Source: Deltaproteobacteria bacterium
Lineage (GTDB): Bacteria; Desulfobacterota; Desulfobaccia; Desulfobaccales; 0-14-0-80-60-11
DNA: 64,000 nucleotides
Direction of reading: 5' to 3'
Assembly: GCA_021813445.1 (NCBI GenBank)
Contig: JAKAKP010000140.1
Span: 1,280 to 65,279, forward strand
Shown: positions 17,600 through 26,601 of the stretch, one piece after another
How the letters are laid out: the number at the start of each line of letters is the position of its first letter
Position numbering within the stretch: position 1 is the stretch's first letter
Position numbers and translations under genes: made by a program
Notes under the pieces: generated by a model
Seen by the model: the letters and a program-made list of their open reading frames with translations, nothing else
What the model was told of the DNA's origin: nothing
Database searches by the model: none

Positions 17600-18949
17600 T
17601 CAGGGCGTTAAGCCATACTTTTTCATTTTTTCATAGAGAGTGCCGCGATTGATCCGAAGGACCTTGGCCGTATTGGAGATGTGACCACCCTGTGCGGTCA
17701 GGACTAAAGCGATGTGGCGGCGCTCCATTTCCCCCAAGGAGAGGTTGGCCACTTCCTCGGTGCCCTCCGAAGTCAGCGCGAAGGGCAGGTCACCGGGTTT
17801 GATCTGCCGGCCTTTGCCCACCACCACCGCCCGTTCGATGGCGTTTTGCAATTCCCGGATGTTTCCCGGCCAGGAATAACGCCGCATCGCCGCCAGAGAC
17901 TCCAGATGAATGCCATCAATCTTTTTGCCGGTCTCGGTGGCATAGCGTCGCAGGAAGTGCTTGGCCAGCAGGGGAATATCTTCCTGCCGCTCCCGCAAGG
18001 GAGGGACCTGCAAGTGAATGACGTTGAGGCGGTAGTAGAGATCCTGGCGGAAAGTCCGGTTGCGGATGCTTTCCTGCAGGTCCTGATGCGTGGCGGCAAT
18101 GACCCGGAAGTCGCTGGTGATCGCCGTGGTTCCTCCAACCCGGCTGAATTCGTGGGTTTCCAAGACTCGCAGAAGATCGATCTGCATCTTCATGGAGATG
18201 TCCCCCACTTCATCCAGAAAGAGGGTGCCGGTATTGGCCATTTCCAACCGGCCTTTCTTGGTGAATTTGGCATCGGTGAAGGCGCCTTTCTCGTGGCCGA
18301 AGAGCTCGCTCTCCAGGAGATGTTCCGTAAAGGCGCCGCAGTTGATGGCAATGAAGGGATTGTAACCGCGAGGGCTATGGGTGTGAATGGTCCGGGCCAC
18401 CAACTCCTTGCCGGTGCCGGTCTCCCCGGTAATCAACACGGTGGCGTCGCTTTGGGCCACCTTGACGATGGTCTCAAAAAGACTGAGCATCGGGGGGGAT
18501 TGGCCCACCAGGTTGTCAAAGCGGCTGATGGACGCTATCTGGTCCTTGAGAATCAAGTTTTCCATGGCCAGGGTCTGAATTTGCACCAGTTTCTCGATGG
18601 TGAGGCTGAGCTCATCCAACTCGAAAGGCTTCAGGAGATAATCGTTGGCCCCCAGCTTCATGGCCTCCACCGCGTCCTGAATGGCGCCGTGGGCCGTCAT
18701 CATCACTACAGAGGAATCGGGATCTTCCTCTTTCAGTTTCTTGAGCAGGGTGATCCCATCCATTCCCGGCATTTTGACGTCCACCAGCATGATGTCGTAG
18801 TGGCGTTCTTTGACCTTGGCCAGGGCCTCCAGGCCGCCGGCCGCAGTTTCCACCTCATAGCCATCCTGCTTTAGCCAATCACAGAAGGCTTCCCTGATGC
18901 TCAACTCATCATCCACTACCATGATGCAGATTTTTTTATGAGGCAACAT
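17600..18949 (-). CDS. Sigma-54-dependent response regulator (NtrC family: REC, AAA+, Fis-type HTH)
   Basis: REC (MVVDDE...MLVDVKMPGMDG), Walker A GETGTGKE, sigma-54 contact loop ESELFGHEKGAFTDA and a C-terminal HTH ...NTAKVLRINRGTLYEKMKKYG. The ATG at 18949 (MLPHKK) overlaps the kinase 3' end by 14 nt. Confidence 0.95.
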   Translation of the reverse strand: MLPHKKICIMVVDDELSIREAFCDWLKQDGYEVETAAGGLEALAKVKERHYDIMLVDVKMPGMDGITLLKKLKEEDPDSSVVMMTAHGAIQDAVEAMKLGANDYLLKPFELDELSLTIEKLVQIQTLAMENLILKDQIASISRFDNLVGQSPPMLSLFETIVKVAQSDATVLITGETGTGKELVARTIHTHSPRGYNPFIAINCGAFTEHLLESELFGHEKGAFTDAKFTKKGRLEMANTGTLFLDEVGDISMKMQIDLLRVLETHEFSRVGGTTAITSDFRVIAATHQDLQESIRNRTFRQDLYYRLNVIHLQVPPLRERQEDIPLLAKHFLRRYATETGKKIDGIHLESLAAMRRYSWPGNIRELQNAIERAVVVGKGRQIKPGDLPFALTSEGTEEVANLSLGEMERRHIALVLTAQGGHISNTAKVLRINRGTLYEKMKKYGLTP

Positions 18950-21227
18950 GGTCTTCCCCCGATTTTTGGGCGGGCAGACGTATGCTGAAGCAAGTACCCC
19001 GCCCCACCACACTGTGAACTCGAATGACCCCCTGGTGGTCCCCGATTATGCCCTGCACCACGGCCAGACCCAGCCCCGCGCCCAGGCCACCCGGCTTGGT
19101 GGTATAGAAGGGTTCAAAAATCTGGGCAAACTTGTCTCGGGGTATGCCCCCGCCGGTGTCGGCGATGAGCACCAGGGCCTCCCGATGTCTGGTATTTCTG
19201 GTGACAACGGTTAAGGTGCCCTCTTTGGGCATGGCATCCCGGGCATTGATCAGCAGGTTCAAAAAGACCTGCTTCATCTTCGCCGGATCGGCCCGCACCG
19301 GCAAGAGATCGGGAGCATAACGCGTTTCCACCGTGATTCCTTGCAACCGCATCTGGAATTCGGTTAACGCTAAAGTCTCCCCCAATAAGTTGTTGAGATC
19401 CACCGCCTTGAATTCCGGCTTGGCGCGGCGGGAAAAAGGCAGCAAGCTGGAAACGGTTTTGCTCACCCGTAATATTTCTTTGTAGATCAACTCCGTATGT
19501 TTTTTCATCATGCCCATGGCCTCCTGGTCGGGAGACTCCGCATCCATGATGCGTTTGATCATCCTGGCGGAACTGAGAATACCGGTCAACGGATTGTTGA
19601 TCTCGTGGACGACGCTGGCGGATAATTTTCCCAAAGAGGCGATCTTGTCTTCGTCCATCATGCGGGTGCGGCTGATTTCATGGGTGATATCCCGGGACAG
19701 ATCGACCACTCCCCGGATTTGTCCTTCCTCATCGAACAGCGGGTGGCAAACCACGTGTAGATAACTTTCCCGGCCATCCTTGTCAAAGTGGATGTGGATG
19801 GCGGAAGCGGCCTTGCCGGTGGCTACGGTCTTTTTTAAGGGACAGGGATGGTCAGGGCTGGAGCAAGGCTGCTGCGAGCGGTGGGATACTTCATAACAAT
19901 GCCGCCCCACCACGTCTTCGCGTTTTAGACCTATCATTTCCAGCAGCGCCCGGTTGACCTCGACAATGCGATAATCGAGATCAATGACCATCATATGGTC
20001 CTTGATGCCGTTGACGATGGTTTCCAGAAAGGCCTTCTCCTTGATGGCCTGCCGCAGCAGCTCCCGGGTTTCGGCTTGCGATCTTTGCAGAGCTTCTTCC
20101 AACTGCTTCCGGGCGGTAATGTCCGTGATGACCTCCACCACCCGTTTTTGGGTGGCTTCCGGAGGGAATAAAGGCGACATGGTGATTTCGTCGACCCGTA
20201 TCATTCCCTCGGGACTGGCATGCCACTGACAGACCTGGACGGTTTCGCAGTTTTCGAGGACGCGGGGCATAGGACAGGTCAAGCCTTTCCGGTCACAAGG
20301 CTCATCGATCTGATGCAGCACCTCATAACAAGGCCTGCCGATAACCTCTTCCAACTTTTTTTCAAAGCGGGCCAAGAAGGTGCGATTGGCTTCATCCACT
20401 ACATAATTGGGGAGTAAGACGAGCACCGGATCAGGCAGGTGGTCAAAAATCTTTTGGAACCGGCTGCGCTGTCCGGCCAGCTTAATTTCGCTTTCCACCT
20501 TGCAGCGCAGACGGTCTCCATTCCTCTGCAACAATTCCCAGAAAAGCCGGGCCTTAATATGATCGATAATCTGGGTGTGGGGGTGCCGGCGCTGGATAAT
20601 GCCCTCCCGCACCAGCGGGTCGCCGGTAAGTTCCAGGATCAAGTCCGGGGCCTTTTCCAGCAAAGAGGAATAGTCGCTAAAGGTGGAGATGCCCAGACGC
20701 TCAGCCAAGGCTAACCCCGGGGCCCGGGAATTGGAATCAGCCACCCCGACAATCTCGATCTTGCGCCGGTATCCCGGCTTCCTGGTGATCAGCTGCAGCA
20801 CCTCTTGACCTGCCCTGCCAGCGCCGACAATGGCGATTTTCAAGGGAGAGACGTCCTGAATCGACAGGTCCACAGGAATGAGGTCCCAAAAGGCCTCCAG
20901 AGTAAATTCCGGCCGGTCCGCACTCAGAACCGTTAACCGTTTGGGAGCTTGCTCATAAAGCTGTTGAGCTACTTCGGGACGCCCAGTGGCGTCGACAATG
21001 ATGTCCACTTCCGGGAGATGGAATAAGTCAGCCAGATCCAGGGTCACAAAGAGGTTAAAGCGATAGGCATAGATTATCCCGGGAGCTTCCGGGTTAATGT
21101 CCGCCACCGCCACGATCCGCAAGGATTGCTCTTGTTTTCGGGGAGGCACCAAGGCTTCCAGGATCGCCATGCCTTGCCGCCCCGCGCCGACAATAGCCAG
21201 GTTATATGACTTTTTGTCAGGATTCAT
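18936..21227 (-). CDS. Histidine kinase with two N-terminal Rossmann-like modules and two Cys-rich PAS domains
   Basis: YNLAIVGAGRQG and LKIAIVGAGRAG (GxGxxG) lie in two modules of about 130 aa. Two PAS domains each carry CYEVxH-x5-PC-x6/7-CP. H-box SASVVHEINNPLTGI, then HATPase (DTGGGIP, GLGAGLGLAVV). Start MNPDKK at 21227. Confidence 0.9.
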   Translation of the reverse strand: MNPDKKSYNLAIVGAGRQGMAILEALVPPRKQEQSLRIVAVADINPEAPGIIYAYRFNLFVTLDLADLFHLPEVDIIVDATGRPEVAQQLYEQAPKRLTVLSADRPEFTLEAFWDLIPVDLSIQDVSPLKIAIVGAGRAGQEVLQLITRKPGYRRKIEIVGVADSNSRAPGLALAERLGISTFSDYSSLLEKAPDLILELTGDPLVREGIIQRRHPHTQIIDHIKARLFWELLQRNGDRLRCKVESEIKLAGQRSRFQKIFDHLPDPVLVLLPNYVVDEANRTFLARFEKKLEEVIGRPCYEVLHQIDEPCDRKGLTCPMPRVLENCETVQVCQWHASPEGMIRVDEITMSPLFPPEATQKRVVEVITDITARKQLEEALQRSQAETRELLRQAIKEKAFLETIVNGIKDHMMVIDLDYRIVEVNRALLEMIGLKREDVVGRHCYEVSHRSQQPCSSPDHPCPLKKTVATGKAASAIHIHFDKDGRESYLHVVCHPLFDEEGQIRGVVDLSRDITHEISRTRMMDEDKIASLGKLSASVVHEINNPLTGILSSARMIKRIMDAESPDQEAMGMMKKHTELIYKEILRVSKTVSSLLPFSRRAKPEFKAVDLNNLLGETLALTEFQMRLQGITVETRYAPDLLPVRADPAKMKQVFLNLLINARDAMPKEGTLTVVTRNTRHREALVLIADTGGGIPRDKFAQIFEPFYTTKPGGLGAGLGLAVVQGIIGDHQGVIRVHSVVGRGTCFSIRLPAQKSGEDHVAS

Positions 21228-21287
21228 GAAGAACTCCCAAAACCGGATAACGCCTCTGGTGCCAGCCACGGGGCCGCTGCTACCCCT

Positions 21288-21304
21288 TGTACGATAATCG
21301 CACA
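21288..21304. promoter_or_regulatory. Palindrome TGTACGATAATCGCACA (copy 3 of the UAS-like motif) upstream of the kinase gene
   Basis: 16/17 identical to copy 1, 61 nt upstream of the kinase ATG. Confidence 0.45.
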
Positions 21305-21756
21305 AATAAGCAAGCGCCATTTGGCATTAGCTTAACACGAATCTGCAAACCATGCCATTTTTTGATTAAAAAATGAACATCGCTGCCATCAGATCAGTAA
21401 GGGAGGGGTAGGCGAGTGTGTCTGTGAGGGGGGGGACCGGAAAAAATTTTTTCTAATACTGCTTAGAAGCTAGCGAAAACCTGCCTTTCTTTTTATTATT
21501 TCAAACAGTTATCAGTTGCGCGAGGTGTTCCGCCAATCTGTGGGCCGCTGGATCGAATCCGGCAAGGCGCGCCAGTTTAGCAAAATGAACAGCCCCCCGG
21601 CAGTCACGCCAAGTTTGGAGTTGAGTCGGAGGCAAGTCAAGCCGGAAATCCTCGAGGATCATTGGGAAGCCAGGAGCTCTGGGCTGACCTGGCCCCAACT
21701 CAAACTCAAGTTCTGGGATGATCCTGGGAACCAGGTAGGTTGTTCAACCAGACATC

Positions 21757-22281
21757 CTACTTGGCTCCTTGCACCTCGTTATACTTTTTTATGACTATGT
21801 CGGTAATATCAATGGACTTCTGAGAATAGGCCACATTTTCGTTGGTGATGATCAACACGAATTTCTCTTCCTGGCCGATGGTCTCCAGGACTTTCCGGAT
21901 ATGTTCCAACACCACTTTCCTCAGGTCCGCGGCCTTCTTCTTAACTTCCCCATCGGCGGCGGCCACCAATTTCTGATACGCAGCCGCGGCCTTATTAAAT
22001 TCGTCCTTTTTCGCCTTAGAAGGTTCCCGTTCCAGGCTCTTTTTCAGCTTCTCCAAAGTCTCAGCCTTGCTTTTCAGAGCGGCCTGTCTGGCTTTCACCA
22101 GGTCGTTGACCTCGGCATTGGCCTTTTTGCCTTCATTGGATTCATTGATCACCCTGATCACATTCACCACCCCGATCTTGGGCGGCTCGCCCGTGCAGGC
22201 GATGCTCGTAAACAAGAGGAATCCCACGAGAACAGACCCCAGTCTTTTCAATTTCTTCTCCTTTTTTAAGGCCATTTGCAT
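21757..22281 (-). CDS. OmpH/Skp-family periplasmic chaperone
   Basis: Signal peptide/lipobox-like SIAC, followed by a long K/E/A-rich coiled region (IGVVNVIRVINESNEGKKANAEV...), typical of Skp/OmpH. Confidence 0.8.
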   Translation of the reverse strand: MQMALKKEKKLKRLGSVLVGFLLFTSIACTGEPPKIGVVNVIRVINESNEGKKANAEVNDLVKARQAALKSKAETLEKLKKSLEREPSKAKKDEFNKAAAAYQKLVAAADGEVKKKAADLRKVVLEHIRKVLETIGQEEKFVLIITNENVAYSQKSIDITDIVIKKYNEVQGAK

Positions 22282-22477
22282 CCATTATAGCAGCCGCTAA
22301 CAGATAAGCGGACTATAAAGAGATGTGCTTTTCAAGGTCAATAATCGTGGAGAGATGCCGCCCGCTACTGCTTTTAGGTAGGAAACGATGAAGACGCGGC
22401 ACCAGGGGCCAGGGGAGCGCCGGAGAAGATGCGCCTACCCCTGCTAATTATCCCTGATCGCAGCCGCTGGCTTTCTC

Positions 22478-22595
22478 ATACCAAGCCGCAATCAAAAGGC
22501 AACAAACTGGGCGAACCTTGTGTTCGCCCAACGAGGCAGGGCGAATACAAGATTCGCCCCTACGAAAAAATATCCGTTTGATTGCGACGTGGTAT
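22478..22595. repeat. Nested inverted-repeat element, family B (copy B1)
   Basis: The outer inverted repeat is ATACCAAGCCGCAATCAAAAGG ... CCGTTTGATTGCGACGTGGTAT. It encloses two hairpins, GGGCGAACCTTGTGTTCGCCC and GGGCGAATACAAGATTCGCCCCTAC. The cores are identical in copy B3. Confidence 0.7.
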
Positions 22596-22724
22596 CAGGT
22601 TTTGCCAGCACGCGTGGAGGCAATAATCGGACTTTTGCAGCGATGTCTGCCGTTCCTGGGGGAGGGGCTATTGGGAGAGAGAAGGAGATCATGCCCCTCA
22701 TCCAGGAGCAGGTTGATAGGCCGG

Positions 22725-24218
22725 CTACCCCTGGGCCGCCTGGATCATCTTCTTTAAGTCGGGTTTGGAAACCTTGCCCATGGCATTGCGGGGCAATTCC
22801 TTGAGGATGACGGCCTCCTGGGGAACCTTGTAGGTGGCCAGGCGCTCCTTACCCCAGGCCCTGAGGGACTTGGTATCCAGGCTGGCGCCGTTTTTAGGCA
22901 CCAAGGCCGCCACCACCCGTTCGCCCCAGACCGGGTCCGCCACCCCCACCACCGCCACTTCATTGATCCCCGGGTGGGTCAGGAGGACCTCTTCGATTTC
23001 CAGGGCCGAGACCTTATAGCCCCCGGTTTTGATGATGTCCACGCTGCTGCGCCCCAAGATGCGGTAGATGCCGTTTTCCTCCATGGCTACGTCGCCGGTG
23101 AGGAACCAGCCGTCCCGGAAAGACTTCCTGGTTTCCTCGGGCTTGCCCCAGTACTCCCGGAAGACCGCGGGGCCCCGGATTTCGATTTCCCCCGGGGTGC
23201 CGGGGGGCACGGGGCACCCCTGGTCCATCAAGCGGGCTTCCACTCCCGGCAGGGGCTGGCCGACACAGCCGGGATATCTCTGCCCTTGCAGGGAATTGGA
23301 AAGCGCCATGCCGATTTCCGTCATGCCGTACCTCTCCAGCAGGACGTGGCCGGAGATCTCCCGCCACTTCTCCAGGATGGGCACCGGCAGGGCCGCGGAG
23401 CCGGAGACCATGAGGCGCAGCCTGCGGCAGCCCGCGGACATCCGCTCCCTCTCCGCGGGCGCGGCCTTCTCCCAGGCGTCGATGAGCTTCACATAGATGG
23501 TGGGCACGGCCATAAACAGCGTCAGTTCCCCCGAGGCCAGGCGGGCCCAAACCTCCTGGGCGTCGAAGCGGGACAGGATCTCGCACACCGCCCCGGACCA
23601 CAGGGCGCAGGAGATGACGTTGACGATGCCGTGGATGTGGTGGAGGGGCAGGACTTCCAGAATCCGGTCATCGCGGCGCCAGCCCCAGGCCTCCACCAGG
23701 CTGGTGATCTGGGCGGCGATGTTGGCGTGGGTGGAAACCACGCCCTTGGGCTTGCCGGTGGTGCCGCTGGTGTAAAGAATCATGGCCTGCCGCTCCGGTG
23801 CTACCGCAGGCAGGGGACCCGCAGGATGCTTCAGGGCCGCATCAGCCAGGCCGAAGCGCAGGCCCCGCGCCGCCGCCAGGGGCTCGACGCGGTCGGCGAA
23901 ATCCGCATGGGCCAGGACCACCGCCGGGGTGGTATCATCCAGGACGTATTCCAGTTCCGGCCGGGGGTGGAACAGGGACAGGGGCACGGCAATGCCGCCG
24001 GCCCGCCAGATGCCCCACTGCAAGGCCACATACTGGAACCCCGGGGGGGCGATAAAGGCCACCGGCCGCTCTTGCAGGTCCGGGGCGCCATTTAAGAGAA
24101 AAGACGCCACCCGGGCGGAGGCGTCCAGGAGTTGCCGGTAGGAAAACTCGCCTTCCGGGGCGATGATGGCAGTCCGCGCCGCAAATTCCTCAGCCCGCGG
24201 CATCAAAAGTATCGACAT
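22725..24218 (-). CDS. AMP-forming acyl-CoA synthetase (MatB/ACSF3-like candidate)
   Basis: AMP-binding motif ILYTSGTTGKPKGV and C-terminal ...GDVAMEENGIYRILGRSSVDIIKTGGYKV. ATG at 24218 with AGGAGG 6 nt upstream. Confidence 0.9.
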   Translation of the reverse strand: MSILLMPRAEEFAARTAIIAPEGEFSYRQLLDASARVASFLLNGAPDLQERPVAFIAPPGFQYVALQWGIWRAGGIAVPLSLFHPRPELEYVLDDTTPAVVLAHADFADRVEPLAAARGLRFGLADAALKHPAGPLPAVAPERQAMILYTSGTTGKPKGVVSTHANIAAQITSLVEAWGWRRDDRILEVLPLHHIHGIVNVISCALWSGAVCEILSRFDAQEVWARLASGELTLFMAVPTIYVKLIDAWEKAAPAERERMSAGCRRLRLMVSGSAALPVPILEKWREISGHVLLERYGMTEIGMALSNSLQGQRYPGCVGQPLPGVEARLMDQGCPVPPGTPGEIEIRGPAVFREYWGKPEETRKSFRDGWFLTGDVAMEENGIYRILGRSSVDIIKTGGYKVSALEIEEVLLTHPGINEVAVVGVADPVWGERVVAALVPKNGASLDTKSLRAWGKERLATYKVPQEAVILKELPRNAMGKVSKPDLKKMIQAAQG

Positions 24219-24273
24219 GAATAACCTCCTATAAACCTGTAGTGGCACAGCTTGCTGTGCCCCTGGCTATTTT

Positions 24274-24918
24274 CTAATATCCCAAGTCCTCGCCCACCAG
24301 CTTGACGTGGATGCGGTTTTCGAAGCGGTGGCCTTCGATGATGGACCACAGGTTACAGAGCCGGGCGGGGCTCCTGCAATCGGCGCACTGGCCGGTGGCG
24401 GCGCAAGGCGTTTCCCGGCCGAGGCGGATGGCATTGATGGGCGCCGCGTGATGCTTCACCCGGGCCAGGGCCGCTTCCAGATCCGGGGCCACTTTGTTCA
24501 GGCCCACCACCAGAATGACTTTATCCGGGCCGAAACACATGGCGGCCACCCGGTTGCCCGTGGCATCCAGGTTGACCAGCCTGCCGTCCATGGTCAGGGC
24601 ATTGGAACTGGCGATCATAAAATCCGCCAGGAAGCCCCGGCGCATCAGGGCATAGGCCTCTTCCGGGCTGAGGCCGGGGGCAAAGGGGTCGAGGATTTCC
24701 ACCCCGGCCTTGGCCCTTAACGCCTCCCACAAGCCCATCTCCACCAGGGACATGGAGCCGGCCCGGCTGACCGTGGCCCCGGCCGGGATCATGGCCACGA
24801 TTTCCTCCCGGGCCTGGGCCGCAGTGGGCGCAAAGCTCGCGGCCATCCTTCTCCTGGTCAGCTGTTTGATCAGGTGCGCCGCCAATTTTTCCCGATACTT
24901 AATTTGTGGCTCGTCCAT
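24274..24918 (-). CDS. LUD-domain (DUF162, lactate-utilisation LutC-like) protein
   Basis: ...DATGNRVAAMCFGPDKVILVVGLNKVAPDLEAALARVKHHAAPINAIRLGRETPCAATGQCADCRSPARLC..., the conserved LUD-family core as I recall it. Confidence 0.65.
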   Translation of the reverse strand: MDEPQIKYREKLAAHLIKQLTRRRMAASFAPTAAQAREEIVAMIPAGATVSRAGSMSLVEMGLWEALRAKAGVEILDPFAPGLSPEEAYALMRRGFLADFMIASSNALTMDGRLVNLDATGNRVAAMCFGPDKVILVVGLNKVAPDLEAALARVKHHAAPINAIRLGRETPCAATGQCADCRSPARLCNLWSIIEGHRFENRIHVKLVGEDLGY

Positions 24919-24985
24919 GACTGCGTTCTCTTTCTTATTGCCTGGAGCAGCAGGTGATCTGGGCCAATCTTGCCCGCACCGGCCC

Positions 24986-26191
24986 TCAATCCGGTTGCTC
25001 GATGGGTTCGGTTTCCGGGATCATATAGGTGTCGGCATGGCTCAAGCCCAAACAGCCAAAGGCCGCGATTAACGCCACCGCTCCCAGGACCACGAAGCCG
25101 CTGATAAAGGTGCCGGTGAGGTCCACCAGCCGCCCGATGATGGGCGGAAAAACCATCACCCCGATGGCCCCCCAGGTGTTGACGAAACCCATGGCCACCC
25201 CGGGGCAATCCGGGCAGTTATCCCGGGCGGCGTTGAAGATGCCGGCGAAGGGCAGGCCCGCCATGATGCCGGTGAAGATGATGGCCAGGATGGCCATGCC
25301 CATGCTGGCGGACAGCCCCATCCACAGGAATCCCACAGCCAGGCCGGCGCAGGCCGCGGCCAGGAGCTTTTTGGTGGTCATCACCTTATGATCCAGGATG
25401 AAACCGCCCAGGGGCCGGGAAAAGATGCCCAGGAGCAGGACGATGGAGCCGATGATGCCCGCCGTTTTGGGGGGCAGATGAATGCTCTTGATCAACAAGG
25501 TATTGACCCAGACGCCGCAGGCGATGATTTCGCCGAAGCTGGCCAGTTGCGCCAGGGAGAGCAACCAGATATTGCGGCTGCCGATGACGCCGGACCAGTT
25601 GATCTTGGGAGTGATCGCGGCCCGGGGGGTCTCCGGGGCCAAAAAGTACCAGAGGACCAGGAGCACCGCGGCCATGCCGCCGGTGATCATGAAAATATTG
25701 TGCCATCCCACCAGGGGCAGGAGCTGGGGGATGCCGTAGATCACGAAGCCCGATCCCAAGAGGATGGAGCCGCCGTAGACGCCTTGGGCCCGTTGGATTT
25801 CCTTGCCGAGAAAGAAGGTGGGCACATACCGGGCCCCGGCGATAAAGCAGGTGCCGGTGCCGATGCCGATGATGAATTTCAACACTAGAATGGCGTAATA
25901 GGAATTGGAAAAGCCGATAATAAAATTACCCGCGGCGATGATCAGCAGCGCGAAATTGACCAGTTTCTTGGCGCCGAATTTATCCGCCAGCGCCCCGCCG
26001 GGGATCTGCAAGGCGCCATGGGTCAGGAAAATGGCGGTGGTCAGGAAACCCGCCATGGCGAAGGTGATTTCCAGTTGTTTGACCAGGGTGGGGATCAGGG
26101 GACCGTGGTTGGTGTAGTTGGCCGAGAAGACAAACCCCAGCGCGGTTACAAACCAGAGTGCTTTCCATCTCTGCGCCCATAATTCTTCCAT
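24986..26191 (-). CDS. MFS transporter (12 TM)
   Basis: 401 aa, 12 predicted helices, and an MFS loop motif GALADKFGAKK between TM2 and TM3. Confidence 0.85.
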   Translation of the reverse strand: MEELWAQRWKALWFVTALGFVFSANYTNHGPLIPTLVKQLEITFAMAGFLTTAIFLTHGALQIPGGALADKFGAKKLVNFALLIIAAGNFIIGFSNSYYAILVLKFIIGIGTGTCFIAGARYVPTFFLGKEIQRAQGVYGGSILLGSGFVIYGIPQLLPLVGWHNIFMITGGMAAVLLVLWYFLAPETPRAAITPKINWSGVIGSRNIWLLSLAQLASFGEIIACGVWVNTLLIKSIHLPPKTAGIIGSIVLLLGIFSRPLGGFILDHKVMTTKKLLAAACAGLAVGFLWMGLSASMGMAILAIIFTGIMAGLPFAGIFNAARDNCPDCPGVAMGFVNTWGAIGVMVFPPIIGRLVDLTGTFISGFVVLGAVALIAAFGCLGLSHADTYMIPETEPIEQPD

Positions 26192-26505
26192 TTTTTCCTC
26201 TCCTCTTGCAGGTAGAAGGGACAGTAAGTTGATCCAAATCTTTCTGGGAACCCTGCCGGCCGGAGACGTGGCCTCTGACTGCCCCTTGCCTCCAAGCCTC
26301 CCGGGAGATCAGGCGAAATACTCCCCGCCAGGGTTTCCCGGCCCGGGTGGGCCACCCCAATTCTGCCACCACCACCAAGCTGCTAAAAAATCCTCTTTCC
26401 CGACGCTCTCTCACCTCCCTCGGTTGACCTGGGGCTGAGCCACCGGCAGGTCGGCAGCCCTTTAGATTCCTCGAAGTCATTGCAAAACCTCAATTGGCCC
26501 TAAAC

Positions 26506-26577
26506 TGTCATTCTGAGCGCAGCGAAGAATCTCGTATTTTCGGGACGTTGAGATCCTTCACTGCGTTCAGGATGACA
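26506..26577. repeat. 72-nt hairpin repeat, family A (copy 2)
   Basis: TGTCATTCTGAGCGCAGCGAAGAATCTC...GAGATCCTTCACTGCGTTCAGGATGACA. Same length and ends as 9423-9494. Confidence 0.8.
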
Positions 26578-26601
26578 GAAAAAGTGGCTTTCCAATGGCT
26601 T

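Noticed and set aside
17714-18874. 386-aa plus-strand ORF.
   Set aside because: It is antisense to the sigma-54 activator, which has Walker A and the GAFTDA loop on the minus strand.
21259-21264. TGGCAC on the minus strand, about 30 nt upstream of the kinase ATG, considered as a possible sigma-54 -24 element.
   Set aside because: The downstream sequence (CAGAGGCGTT) puts a GC two positions too early (GG-N8-GC), and it would leave almost no leader. It does not fit the -24/-12 geometry.
21343-21358. The minus strand reads ATGGCATGGTTTGCAGA, resembling TGGCAC-N5-TTGCA.
   Set aside because: The spacing between GG and GC is 8 nt, not 10. The site also lies upstream of the palindrome, not between it and the gene.
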